Under the pieces are notes generated by a model. That model worked only from the letters and a program-made list of their open reading frames with translations. It was not told where the DNA came from and searched no databases. The position numbers were made by a program, and so were the translations under genes. Of a DNA stretch of 64,000 bases, positions 28,786 to 42,436 are shown piece by piece. Position 1 is the stretch's first letter. The number at the start of each line of letters is the position of its first letter. Source of the stretch: the human T2T-CHM13v2.0 reference genome, Homo sapiens; the NCBI RefSeq assembly GCF_009914755.1, contig NC_060932.1, one strand, 5' to 3'.

Positions 28786-31700
28786 TGATATTCTTTTGTA
28801 ATACTCTTTGTCCCCAATATTCTTTGGAATCTGAAGTTTGCTGTTGAGTGGGAAAGTGGGATGGAGTTTCATGTATTCAGGCATTTATGCTGCTATTCTA
28901 AGCAGGGTTGGGTCTGGTCAGTAGGTTCCAGGTGATCTTCTTCTCTGGTACTGTTTGGCCCCAGTATTCTTTGGAGATTGGGGAGGTTTGGCCTTTAAAA
29001 ATCAAACTGCCTTGGAAACTGCTTCACCCAAAAGTTTGATTCACAGCCTTCCCTGGATCACCTATTTGGGTTAGGAAAGTTCAGCCGTGTGAACATGTTC
29101 GTAGACTGGTGAGTTTGTACTGCTATTTCATGGCTAAAATTCCAAGGCAAAAGCTATTGGATGTTTGTGTGAGTGTGTGTATATACATGTCTAGATGCAT
29201 TTATGTGTATGTACATTTACTATGCCCTATGTCTTGTCTACCAAATTGGCTTACAAATAAAAGAGTCTCATAAATTAAATAAGTCCAAGCCATTGCCAAG
29301 TTCACATGACTTAAGTAAATCTTTACTAAACAAGCTGGTTTTAAAATTATTGACAACATAAACATAGAAATGTCTTCAGAATTGTCGCATACATTTTTGT
29401 ATGGGTTTTACGTTTGTCTTTCCTAGAAATTATGAGATATCAGGGTTTGGCACAGAAGGTTATAAAACCATAAACCCAGCCAAAATAAAATGATCTTTGT
29501 GCAAATTTTTTGATAAATAAGACTAATTTAATGTTGTTGGTTTAATGAAAACAGCTAAATCTTCTGAATTATTGGTGAGAATCCCCATGTAGTTAACTTT
29601 AAGTTTCTTAATTAGATGAATACCTGATATTCACAGGTTATAAAACAGATAACAAGGAAATGATGTGTAAATAGATAAACTGCTAAAAACAACTAAAATA
29701 TAAATGAGTAAGTGCACTAGGTGAACTTTTTGTGTAACTTAAAATTATTGTTGCTGCTCATTAGATGCCTGAGTCATTTCCAATTAAGAAAGGGTTATGA
29801 TATGGGGAAATATGTTTCTAAAGGTTGTGGAATTATTCTCATCCATAAAATGCTAACATCTGATAGTTCAGGATTTTTTGCTTCCTAGGGTTTCACAACA
29901 ATTTAAGGTTACTGGGAATAAGAATTATAGTTAATACAAAAAAGAAAAAGAATAGAAATAAGTATTAGATACATACACCAAAAAATTATAGTTAATACTT
30001 AATTCTGTATATAAAAAAGGAGATGTGTTTGTAGTAAGAAAAATAATTGTGTCTAATTCAGAAGTTATCTAAAGGTTAATTTAAATTATAGACTTGAGAA
30101 GGTTATTTATGACAGAAGAAAGGAACCAGGAAGCAGAGGAGGGAGAGATGTAATGAAAGTTATAAATATGAAGATATGTTTTTGGAAAGGAAGGTTATAA
30201 AGAAAAGAAAATTTAGGACAAGACAGTCCAAGCATGTTACAGATGGTCTGCGTAAGTCATATGTAGTTTTTTTCTTGTTTCTCTGTATGTCTATCCTTGT
30301 GCACATTCAGAGAAAACAAAGTTACAAAAGTTTAGATAGTAAAATATTCTTTAAAACCAGAAAGAAAATTAGAGAAATTTGGCTAATTAACATTGCTCAT
30401 AGTTAAAGCTCTTAGTCTTGCTGAAGTTAAATTGAGAAAGATTCTTTTTTAATATAGTTAAGCATGAGGTCAGATTTAACATGGAGTCAAATTTCATAAA
30501 TGTTTGCATTTCTTTGTTCCATACTCCATTTACTCTTCTGCATAGGTAATACTAGCCCTAAAGTACTTACTGGTCATGTGCCTACAGCAAATTTCTTAAT
30601 GGCACAAAATGTATAGTGGTATTGGTGGACTTACAGACATTAATTTGTATACTGGGAGCATAATATCTATCGTGTTTTCTTTAGGCTCTGGGTAACACTT
30701 TAGCCTCAAAAGTTGACTGAGTAGGAGAAAAACTGGGGGTTGGTTTCCTCTTTGTTTTTGATTTTAATTTTCATTCATTTGCTGTTCTTTGGGATTAACT
30801 TATATATACATATATATAAATAATTGATGTTTTAAAGTTTTTATTGGAAGGCTTTTATTTGGCTCTATGAATAATCATTTTGTTTCCTATGCATTTCCAA
30901 CAAGTTATCATTTATTTTGTTTATTTAGAATTCCTAAGCTACCTTTGTCAAGCCTGCAAAAATTGATAGAGCACACTAGCCATTAAAAATTTGATTTTTT
31001 TTTTTTTTTTTTTTTTTTACCTCTGATGATCTAGAGAGCTACAGGAGCTTTAAGTTTCCTGGTTAAACAACAACAACAACAAAAACCAACAACAAGAAAA
31101 TCCCCCCAAGCCTCCAAAACCATTTATTAATTGATAACTAATAGTTAAGTATCAATTATTAAGACTTATTTTTACAAGTTTTGAGCAGAAATATTATATT
31201 ATTAATTTTGTTATTTAAAAAGTAGGTGAGAATAAAAATGTTTAAATGGTGTTTATTTCTAAGGTAATTCAATGCAATCAATAATTTGAGTTGGTTTCAG
31301 ATCTTTTCCTTTAGGTAATGAAGAAAAATTGTGATATGGGTACAAAGTTTTAATGTTCAGGAAAGATTCACCTTGCCCTTAAGGAAATTATATTGATTAG
31401 AATTTCTCTCAAACTAATTTAGTTGTGTTCATCATTATTTAAGTGATATTCACTTGGATTAAGTAACAATAAAAAAAGTGAGACTTTCTAGCGAACTTTG
31501 ATCCCAAACCATTTATCACTGATGGGCTTTTATGTGTGTATCTGAAAACAAAATAGGTACAAGCGTGGCACTGGTTTGAAGATTTTAGTGACGAAAGTTA
31601 CTTAATCAATTGTCAGTACTGTATCTAGAAACCAATCTTGGAAATGTGCGATGATATTCTTTTAAAATAGCTGAAAAGAAATTACTGTGTGCTTGTTCTT

Positions 31701-32631
31701 ACTTTGTCCTGTTTTGTCGTATAATATTTAAACAAAAGGAGATTTATTCTCATATTGAAGTTCCAAAACTGAGATTTGCATTTACCTTCTTTTTTTTAAT
31801 GATGGAGAGAAAAGTTGTCTTACTTTGATAAGTTTGGCATAGGACCTACTACATTTTTGATGCTTTTGGTCACAGTTCTGTCATTAGAATGTTAGCAATT
31901 AGATACATGCAATGAGTAACCTACTTTAATACAGTGTTTTGAAGTGCTGCAGGCAGTAACTCCCAAACAGGAAATCACAGTGTTTTAGTTGGTGACATGT
32001 TAGAATAATAGGACTTTTTGTAGTATCAATATTCCATTAACAAATCCTTGTGCTGTTAAATTACAGGGCTTTGACTCCCAGGTATGAAAAAGGCACTCAC
32101 TTCTAGATCTTGAGCATTGACACCACTCAAAGCCTTGTCCTCAGACCCAGAGAAGGTGACAATCAAAATGAACTGCTTTTGTGAGACACAGGGCCAGAAA
32201 TTACAACCATTCAGTTCCTCTGAGCCCAGAGACTATAGCAGAAGAGGTGGACTCATGAGATGGTAAGGGTCAATTTTGAGGGATAAGATTAGTTCAGAGT
32301 TTTTCTATAAATTAATTATAATTAATTAAAACATTAATATCAAAAGCACACTGATAGAAGGGCAGTATCTGGGCCCATGTGCCGAAATAACAGGGTTTTC
32401 TTGGAGCTTAGATCGCTGTTTAGTAGAAAGTTGTAAAAGGTTATAAAAGGTTTATAGAAATCTTACCTTATGGTCAAACTGATTAAAATCAGATAGATTT
32501 GTTTATAAGGCTCTATTAAAATTAGCTTTAACATTAATAATACACCATACAAAGGTAAAATTTGGTTTTCTCTTTTGAAAAACATTTTCATGTAAGAGAT
32601 AATAATAGATTTTTGTTTATCTTTTGGGTAA

Positions 32632-32959
<328 letters not shown>

Positions 32960-34404
32960 AGAGAGACAGATTTAGTTGGCCTCATGCTATCTCTATTCAT
33001 TGTTTGGGAAACCGAGTCTCCTCCCTATCAAATGGTAAATGTTTTTGTATTGTGATTTTGGCTAAACAAATGACTATTTTATAATAACCTGTGATTCTAT
33101 TTTGTTGTATCAAGTGTCTTAAACCTTTGATATTTGTCAGACTTTCCAACAGCAAAATTTCAAGTTCTAAATTTAGTCTTTTTAACCTTAAACTAACTTT
33201 TGTTTGGATATTAGTTTTTCTGAAGTACAAGAGAGACATATTAAGCTTATTGTTATGGTTAGAATTATGCAGGAAGCACTGTCAGTTCTGAGGTAGTGTT
33301 TAACTTACTTTGGGTTATATTTATATAGATGTGGTAATATGCATTCCAGGATTGTGTGAGAGTCCTAAAATTCTGATATGTTTTAATACATGTTGTCAGT
33401 AATAATTATGATTATTATGTTAAATTGTTGTATGCCACAGAAACAACCAAATTTCCTTGTCAACTGGGTCATTGGTTATGGCTGTCCTAAGGCTTTTGTT
33501 ATCCAAAATTGTAGTTTTGCTTTGATTCTTCTCAAAAAGTGACTTATAATCAGCTACGGTCCAGAGCTTGCTTCTTTGGGGGAGTTCACAGAAAGAACTC
33601 TTGAATGCAGGTTTCGGACAACTTTGGAGATTATGCTACCAGATTAGAGAGAAAACTTCCAGGACTCTAATTAAAAGACTGATATGTTTACAACGATTGC
33701 TAACCCAATATGAAGCAGAACAGGAGTTGATTGCATGGACTGAACTAATGGAGGACAGAAATAATTTTTATGACTTTTTTCTGTTTGAAATATTGCTGAT
33801 TCTTTTTCAGAGATTAGAGAACTTTTTGAACTATTTATAGTTTTGAAATACGTTTTAAATATATTGAGTAGACAGTATACATATGTAAACAGGATTTGAG
33901 TCATATTTCTTTGTCTCTGCTTAATTTCTCCAGAATTTGTAAACTATTTATGAATATTCCTAATTCATGGCAATGTGTTTATTTGCATACATTTAACCAA
34001 GAACCTGTTTTCTTTTATAATGGAGTACAGTTAAGGAATTGATTATTTTCCCAGAGCTTTGACTAAAATGGCCTTGTGAGAGGTTCCAGTAAAGCCAATT
34101 TAGGAGAACCTACATGGACAATGATTCTTGCTGCATTTAGTGTGGATAATCAAGCCAAGTATGTGGGACTGAAGCCTGTTTTGCAGGTGGGTTCATCTTG
34201 CTGTGATTTATCTTTGGTGGAAGCAGGGGACTAGACAGAGAAAGATTGCATTTTAGAAGAAAACTGTAGTATTAGATTAACCTTTGATTCTTAGGTGGCC
34301 ACATGGTCACCCCTGGTATGGAGCTGCCCACAGCACCCCTCCTCAGCATGAAGCAGCCAGAAAGATCATCAGCCAGATTTCCAATGATTGAAGACTTGAT
34401 AAAT

Positions 34405-34416
34405 AGAAAAGGGGAA
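34405..34416 (+). promoter_or_regulatory. Polypurine tract
   Basis: agaaaaggggaa lies immediately before the TG of the 3' LTR. Confidence 0.75.
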
Positions 34417-34417
34417 T

Positions 34418-34844
34418 TGAAGCCAATCCAATAGCTCCATGGACAGTTTTTTTCTGATAAACATAGAAACTGACCCTCTGGTTTTAAAGCTTGAAATGTA
34501 CCAGATTCAGACAATGAGATACCAGGCCTCTCAAAATGTATCAAAGAACTGAAACTCACCAGATTATCACATCCACAGAATGAAATGCCACGCCCCTCAT
34601 TCATCATGATTGCTTCCTTACCCTTTCCGAGTTCCTATTTTCCCATCGTAGTTACATTTCTTGCCTACTATATAAACCCTTAATTTTAGTTGGTCAGGAA
34701 GATGGATTTGTGACTGATTTCCCATCTTCTTGGCTGCAGCACCTGATTAAAGCCTTCTTCCTTGGCAATAATTGTTGTCTCAGTGATTGGCTTTCTATGC
34801 GGTGAGCAGCAGGACCTATACTGAACCCCTGGTGTTTGGTAACA
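34418..34844 (+). repeat. 3' LTR (MER66-type)
   Basis: tgaagccaatccaatagctccatggacag...ggtgtttggtaaca. TATATAAA at 34669-34676 and ATTAAA at 34746-34751. Confidence 0.9.
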
Positions 34845-34944
34845 ATATGAAACTATAGTGAGATAAATCATGAGAAATTGCTCTGGAAGATGCCATGTAC
34901 TAAACAATTGTAAAATGCTCATTAAAACATGGGTACATGTTCTC

Positions 34945-35780
34945 TAGCATTGTTCACTGAGAGGGCCTAGGAACAGTGACACTCCAATAGCAATAGCACC
35001 TAACACCCAGATCTTGGTTTCTAAATGCAAGTTTCCATTAAACAGAGCCAGGACTTCTTGGAGAAATGGCTAATCCTAGGGCTGAGGTAGGGAAAGTACA
35101 AGATGACCCCTAAAAGAAGGAGGTACTCTGGAAGTGATGGGGATATGTTGAAAGGAGTCAGAAGCCAGCTGGAAGGGGCTCCCACTGACTAAGGTGGGCA
35201 CAATTTGGGCATCAAATAGCCATGGTAATGATAGTAATGGAGTATAATCCACTGAATAAAATAGAAAACTGTGAGTCTATATTGATATAAACAAGTGCTA
35301 AACTGTGTATTTACACAGCCTAAAAGTAGCTGCCTGTGAAATATTCGTTACAAATGAAAAAAGAGTAACCTTCTACTGCAGGAACCTGGTGGACTCCTTC
35401 TTTACCAAAGTAAACATAGTAATAAGGCAAACTGAGATTGTATGCCAACTGATAGGATGAAATGAGAAGATTGCATCATCACTTCATGATATTTCTGCCA
35501 AAGATGCATGACCTGTATCAAGTAATGAAGAAATACCAGACACATAAAAATTAAGAGATGTTTTACAACATTAGTGACCTGTAATCTTCAAAAAATGTTT
35601 TGACAGCATGAAAGTCAAGGACAGGATGAGGAACCATTGCTAACTGAAGGAGACTTGAGAGATGTGACAACAAAATGCAATGTATGATTCTGGACCAGGT
35701 CTTTTGGCTGTTAAGGACATCATGGGTACACTTGGAGAAACTTGAATAGGGTCTAAGCATCAGGTCATTGTAATTCCCTT
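34945..35780 (+). mobile_element. L1MC4-type 3' region
   Basis: gagagggcctaggaacagtgac...cccagatcttggtttctaaa...ttggagaaatggcta...aaatgcaatgtatgattctggac. Confidence 0.7.
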
Positions 35781-37018
35781 TCTATCTCTATTCCATATGG
35801 CTTACACATATTAATTCATTTAATCTTCATAACAACCCCATGAGGAAGGAACTGTTGGTTTACAAATGAGAAAGGTGACACACAGAGAAATGTAGTAACT
35901 TGCCCACAGCTCGTAGGTCGCGGAGTTGGGTTGTCTGGGTTCTGGAGTCTGGGATCTTACCACGGCATTATACTGCCTCTCAACAAAAAAACAAAGCTGA
36001 ATATATTGTGAGTCAGCGAGTAACTTGTGCTAATGGAGAAAACTAAAGTAGGGAGTCCAGTGGGTTGGGTTTGATTTAAATGAGTGCTGAAAGTGGCTGA
36101 AGACAGAGCCCTGAGAAATTGTTCATCTCACCCGTGAAATCAACCTTAAGAAAATCACAGGCAGCATTAACTATTGTCTCGCCCATTGCTCAGCTCAGTG
36201 TAACAAGATACGCAGAGTCAAATTTACAAAGAGTGTTATTGATGTTCTGTGCTGAGAAAATAGAGATGAGGAGATCAGTATAAACAGGAGGGACAATAGG
36301 GATGGATTATTGGCCTTATTGATACCGGGTTCAAAGGGAGGATAGGATGATACCATGCATAGCCCAGGCTGTCTGTGAGTGTGGTTCAGAGTCAGGGTCC
36401 TTGGGGTCAAATAGAGGGCTTGTTCTGGAGGCAGCCGCTCTAGGAAGAGCAAGTGCTGTCCGGGGAAGGAGAAAACCAGGTAGGGTGCTCATGGCCTTGT
36501 CCCAGGAGGTAACAAATAAATGAAGCCAACCCAGGGATAGACAGGAGAGTGGTGAGGGCTGTGGGTTACACAGGGAAATGCACTCAGCCCCAAAACTTCC
36601 AGATTCCAGTTTTAACAACACACTTGGCTTTATGTGTTATTCATTCTAAGTAGAATTTTCAGTTCCTGTTGGAGTTCCTGTTGGAATACAAGTTCTCCTA
36701 ACCTGTTCATCTGAGAAAGCATGGCTTCTTCCTTGTTTCTGCTCTGCAACACAGCAAAATAAGGCAGAACACATGGAATTTATTTCCTTACGGTATTTGC
36801 ATGTGTAACTCACAAGAAATTTGACACTGTTCTCATGGACTCTTGCAAGGAACCAGCCCTTCTGCTTTGATTCTGGAAAGATTTTTGGAAGGATATGTCT
36901 TGGTAGTGATTTGCAACTTTTCTTTTTGCCTGAAAGTTCGCGAGTCTCTCATTTTAAAGCGTCTATTATTTTTTTTCCTTCACCTTGATATCTTTTCTAC
37001 CCCACTTTGCTTTAGAGT

Positions 37019-37085
37019 ATTTGTTCTTCCTTCTTAAAGACACATAAACCCTGATTTGTTCTTCCTTCTTAAAGACACATAAACC
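37019..37085. repeat. Perfect 32-bp direct repeat (35-bp period)
   Basis: atttgttcttccttcttaaagacacataaacc at 37019-37050 and 37054-37085. Confidence 0.95.
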
Positions 37086-38189
37086 ATGTCTGTGGTTGTC
37101 ACTATGTAAAATAGTATCTGTCTCTAGGTAGAAAATAATGGCTTTAAACACCATCTATATGCTGATAACTCGCAAACTCATGTCTCTAATCTCAGTCTCT
37201 TCCTGAACTTCAGGCTCATATATCAATGTGGCTGCCCTGCAGCTATTCTAGGGCAGGGGATAGGCTTCTGAAACTTAACTCGCCGAAGCCCATCTTGGCT
37301 CCTCCTCAATCCAGGCCCTGACCCTGATTCTGTCAAGGTGTTCTCCATCTTGGAGGTGGGCATCTCTTTCTAGTCAATTATTCAGGCCGAAATTCTTTAT
37401 TTGGTCACCTTTGATTCTTTTCTTTTTCACACATCTCACATGTGAAAAGAGTAAATTCCAAAGATTCTTTCATCATGATACATCTACAATCATTTTCCAC
37501 CCCTCCACAACTGCCACTGCAGCCCAGGTGTCACTCAGTCCTCACCTGGAATAATGCAGTAAACTCCTACTCAGTCCCTTGTTTTTGCCCTTATCCCCTC
37601 TGGATACCAACCAGGATATTCTTTGCAAATTATGAGTCAATTATGTCACCCCCTGTTCTACATTCCCCCAACATCTCCTCTCTGTTCTAGACTGAGTTTC
37701 CCCAGCTGTAAAATGGGGCCAATTTTTCCCCTCACAAGAGTCTGTTTACACAGTGAGACAAGGTAGGGAGAGTGCTAGTCCTGCTAGTAACATATGCAGG
37801 TTCTAGAATCTGTTGACAAATGGAGACCTGAATCCCCATGTGTAAAGATTTAAAGTCTTAAGCTACAAAGTGTTGGGTAAAATATATTCTATCTTTATAC
37901 CTTGACACATAGTTACAACATAATTACGTACAGAAATATATGTAAGACAATTAGTTTTATAGAACTGAAAGATGGCACAACTTCAAGGACAGTTAAGTAT
38001 AATGATGATTTTGCATGTCCAGGTGTGCTGTTGATAGGCCAGCCATGTTTCAGTGAATAATCAATGTAAGAATACATCATTCATTGCAGGCTATTTACTC
38101 AATAAATATTGTGTTTTCTTCATTTTAACACTAACTTTACTGATATAATTAGGATTTTCATGTAATTTGTGTTCTATTGACAGTAAAGC

Positions 38190-38411
38190 AAATGTTGGCA
38201 AAGTTTGCCTGTAAAAGCATCAGAAAATCAATATGTTAGGCTTTATGGGACATTTGTCTCTGTCATGACTACTCAACTCAGCTGTTGAGGCACAAAAGCA
38301 GCCATAGACAAAACATAAAAGAATGGGCTGATTCCGTTCCAATTTAACTTTAGTTACAGAAGCAAATGGCAGGCTGGATACTTGTGGTGAGGCATATTTT
38401 GTGCATCTCTG
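38190..38411 (+). mobile_element. MER58A-type hAT-Charlie MITE
   Basis: gttggcaaagtttgcctgtaaa...gactactcaactc...aaagcagccatagacaa. Confidence 0.7.
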
Positions 38412-39012
38412 ACTTAAAGGATTAAAAAAATAAAATGTAATTGTATTCAAAATATGCAAATCTGGATGTACTGTAGTTTAATCAAAATGTAATTTAAGTG
38501 TAAAAATAAAAAATCAGTTATTATATATGTTTTAACAGATTTTTCTTGTAAAATATTCAAAACTATTAAACTTAGAGGAATATAAAACTTAGAAGAATAA
38601 GTATAATTAATGACTATCCAATTTTTGAATAAAAATTATTTAAATAAAGTTGAAAATTTTAATGTTTTCCCATAAGTTATTGGGTTACAGGTGGTATTTG
38701 GTTACATGAGTAAGTTCTTTAGTGGTGATTTGTGAGATTTTGGTGCATCCGTCACCCAAGCAGTATACACTGTACCATATTTGTAGTCTTTTATCCCTTG
38801 CCCCCTCCTACTCTTCCAAGTCCCCAAAGTCCATTATATCATTATTATGCCTTTGCATCCTCATAGCTTAGCTCCCTCATGTCAGTGAGAACATACAATG
38901 CTTGGTTTTCCATTCCTGAGTTACTTCATTTAGTTAATAGTCTCCAATCTCATCCAGGTCACTGCAAATGCTGTTAATTCAGTCCTTTTTATGGCTGAGT
39001 AGTATTCCATTT

Positions 39013-39257
39013 TATATATATATATATATGTATATATATACGTATATATATACATATATGTACATATATGTGTATACGTATATACGTATATGTGTATATA
39101 TAGTATATATACATATATACTATATATACACATATATATGTGTATATATACGTATATACATATATACATATGTACATATATACGTATATACACATATATA
39201 TACATATGTGTATATATATACATACATATGTGTATATATATATATACATACATATAT

Positions 39258-39289
<32 letters not shown>
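39013..39289. repeat. Complex (TA/CA/TG) alternating purine-pyrimidine microsatellite, about 277 bp
   Basis: tatatatatatg tatatatatacg...cacacacacatatatatatat. Confidence 0.95.
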
Positions 39290-42061
39290 CAGTTTTTTAT
39301 CCAGTTGTTGATTGTTGGGCATTTGTGTTGGTTCCACAATTTTGCAATTGTGAATTGTGCTGCTATAAACATGCATGTGCAAGTATCTTTTGCGTATAAT
39401 GACGTCTTTTCCTCTGGGTAGATACCTAGTATTGGGATTGCTGGATCAAATGGTAGTTCTACTTTTAGATCTTTAAGAAATCTCCACACTGTTTTCCATT
39501 GTGGCTGTACTAGTTTACATTCCCACCAGAAGTGTGGAAGTGTTCCCTGATTACCACATCCATGCCAACATCTACTGTTTTTTGATTTTTTGATTATGGA
39601 CATTCTTGTAGGAGTAAGGTGGTATCACATTGTAATTTTGATTGGCAATTCCCTGATCATTAGTGATTTCAGCATTTTTTCATGTGTTTGTTGGCCATTT
39701 GTATATCTTTTTTTGAGAATTGTCTATTCATGCCCTTAGCCCACTTTTTGATGGGATTGTTTGTTTGTTTTTTTCTTACTGATTTGATTGCATTGGTTGT
39801 AGATTCTGGATATCATTAGTCCTTTGTCAGATGTATAGATTGTGAAGATTTTCTCCCACTCTGTGGGTTGTCTGTTTACTCTGCTGACTGTTCCTTTTGC
39901 CATGCAAAAGCTCTTTAATTTATTAGGTCTCAGCTATTTGTATTTGTTTTTATCGCATTTGCTTTTGGGTTCTTGGTCATGAAATCCTTGCCTAAGCCAA
40001 TGTCCAGAAGAGTTTTTCCAATGTTATCTGCCAGAATTTTTATGGTTTCAGGTCTTAGGTTTAAGTCCTTGAGTTGACTTTTGTATAAGGTGAGAGATGA
40101 GGATCCAGTTTTATTTTCCTACATGTGGCTAGCCAATTATCCCAGCACCATTTGTTGAAAAAAGTGTCGTTTCTCCACTTTTTGTTTGCTTTATCAAAGA
40201 TCAGTTGGCTGCAAGTATTTGGGTTTATTTCCAGGTTCTCTATTCTGTTCCATTGGTCTATGTGCCTATTTTTATACCAGTACTATGCTGTTTGGATGAC
40301 TATGGCCTTATAGTATAGTTTGGAATCAGGTAGTGTGATGCCTCCAGATTTGTTCTTTTTGTTTAGTCTTGCTTTGGCTATGTGGGTTCTTTTTTGGTTC
40401 CATATGAATTTTAGAATTGTTTTTCTAATGCTGTGAAGAATGATGGTGGTATTTTGATGGGGATTGCAATGAATTTGTAGATTGCTTTTGGTAGTATGGT
40501 CATTTTCACAATATTGATTCTACCCATCCATGAGCATGAGATGTGTTTCCATTTGTTTGTGTGGTCTATGATTTCTTTCAGCATTGTTTTGTAGTTTTTC
40601 TTATAGAGGTCTTTCAACTCCTTTGTTAAGTATTTTCCTAAGTATATATATATATTTGCAGCTATTCTAAAAGGGGTTGAGTTCTTGATTTGATTCTCTG
40701 CTTGGTCGCTGTTGGTGTATAGAAGAGCTACTGATTTTGTACATTAATCTTGTATCTGGAAACTGCTGAATTCTTTGATCAGTTCTAGGAGGTTTCTGGA
40801 GGAGTCTTCAGGGTTTTCAAGGTAAATGACCATATCATCAGCAAACAGTGACAGTTTGACTTCCTTTTTATGGGTTTGGATGCCCTTTATTTCTTTCTCT
40901 TGTCTGCTCTGGCTAGGACTTCCAAAGAGGAGTGGTGAGAGTGGGCATCCTTGTTTTGTCCCAGTTTTCAGAGGGGATGCTTTCAACTTTTCTTCATTCA
41001 GTATTGTGTTGGCTTATCAATAATATGTGTCATAATATGTGGGTTTGTCATAGATGGCTTTAATTACATTAACGTATGTCCCTTGTATGCCGATTTTGCT
41101 GAGAGTTTTAATCATAAAGTGGTACTGGATTTTGTCGAATGCTTTTTCTGCATCTGTTGAGATGATCATGTGATTCTTGTTTTTAATTCTGTTTATGTGG
41201 AGTATCACATTTATTGACTTGCGTATGTTAAACCATCTCTGCATCCCTGGTATGAAACAGACTTGATCATGGTGGATTATCTTTTTGATATGTTGTTGGA
41301 TTCGGTTAGCTAGTATTTTGTTAAGGATTTTAGCATCTATGTTCATCAAGGATATTGATCTGTAGTCTTCTCTTTTGGTTATGTCCTTCCCTGGTTTTGG
41401 TATTAGGGTGATGCTGACTTCATAGAATGAATTAGGGAGGGTTACTTCTTTCTCTATCTTGTGGAATAGTGTCAAAAGGGTTAGAACCAATTCTTCTTTG
41501 AATGTCTGGTATAATTCTGCTGTGAATCCATCTGGTCCGGGACTTTTTTTGTTGTTGGTAATTTGTAAATTACCATTTCAATCTCACTGCTTGTTATTGG
41601 TCTGTTCAGGATATCTAATTCTTCCTGATTTAAGCTAGGAGGGTTGTATTTTTCCAGGAATTAATCCATCTCTTCCAGGCTTTCTAGTTTATGTGTGTAA
41701 AGTTGTTCACAGTAGCCTTGAATGATCTTTTGTATTTCAGTGATGTCAATTGTAATATCTTCTGTTTCGTTTCTTAGCGATGTTATTTGGATTTTCTGAT
41801 TTTCTTGGTTAATCTTGCTAACGGTCTGTCAATTTTATTTATTTTTCAAAGAACCAGCTTTTTGTTTCATTTATCTTTTTTTGTTTTGTTTCAACTTCAT
41901 TTAGTTGTGCTCTGATCTTGGTTATTTCCTTTCTTCTGCTGGGTTTGGGTTTGGTTTGGTTCTTGTTTCTCTAGTTCCTTGAGGTGTGACCTTAGAATGT
42001 CAGTTAGTGCACTTTCAGTCTTTTTGATGTAGGTGTGTAGGGCCATGAACTTTCCTCTTAG

Positions 42062-42436
<375 letters not shown>

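Noticed and set aside
37019-37085. CRISPR-like repeat (32-bp direct repeats)
   Set aside because: Only two copies with a 3-bp gap, in a eukaryotic context, with no spacers or cas genes.
38930-39421. Stack of Tyr/Ile-rich ORFs on both strands
   Set aside because: Artefact of the stop-free TA/CA microsatellite.
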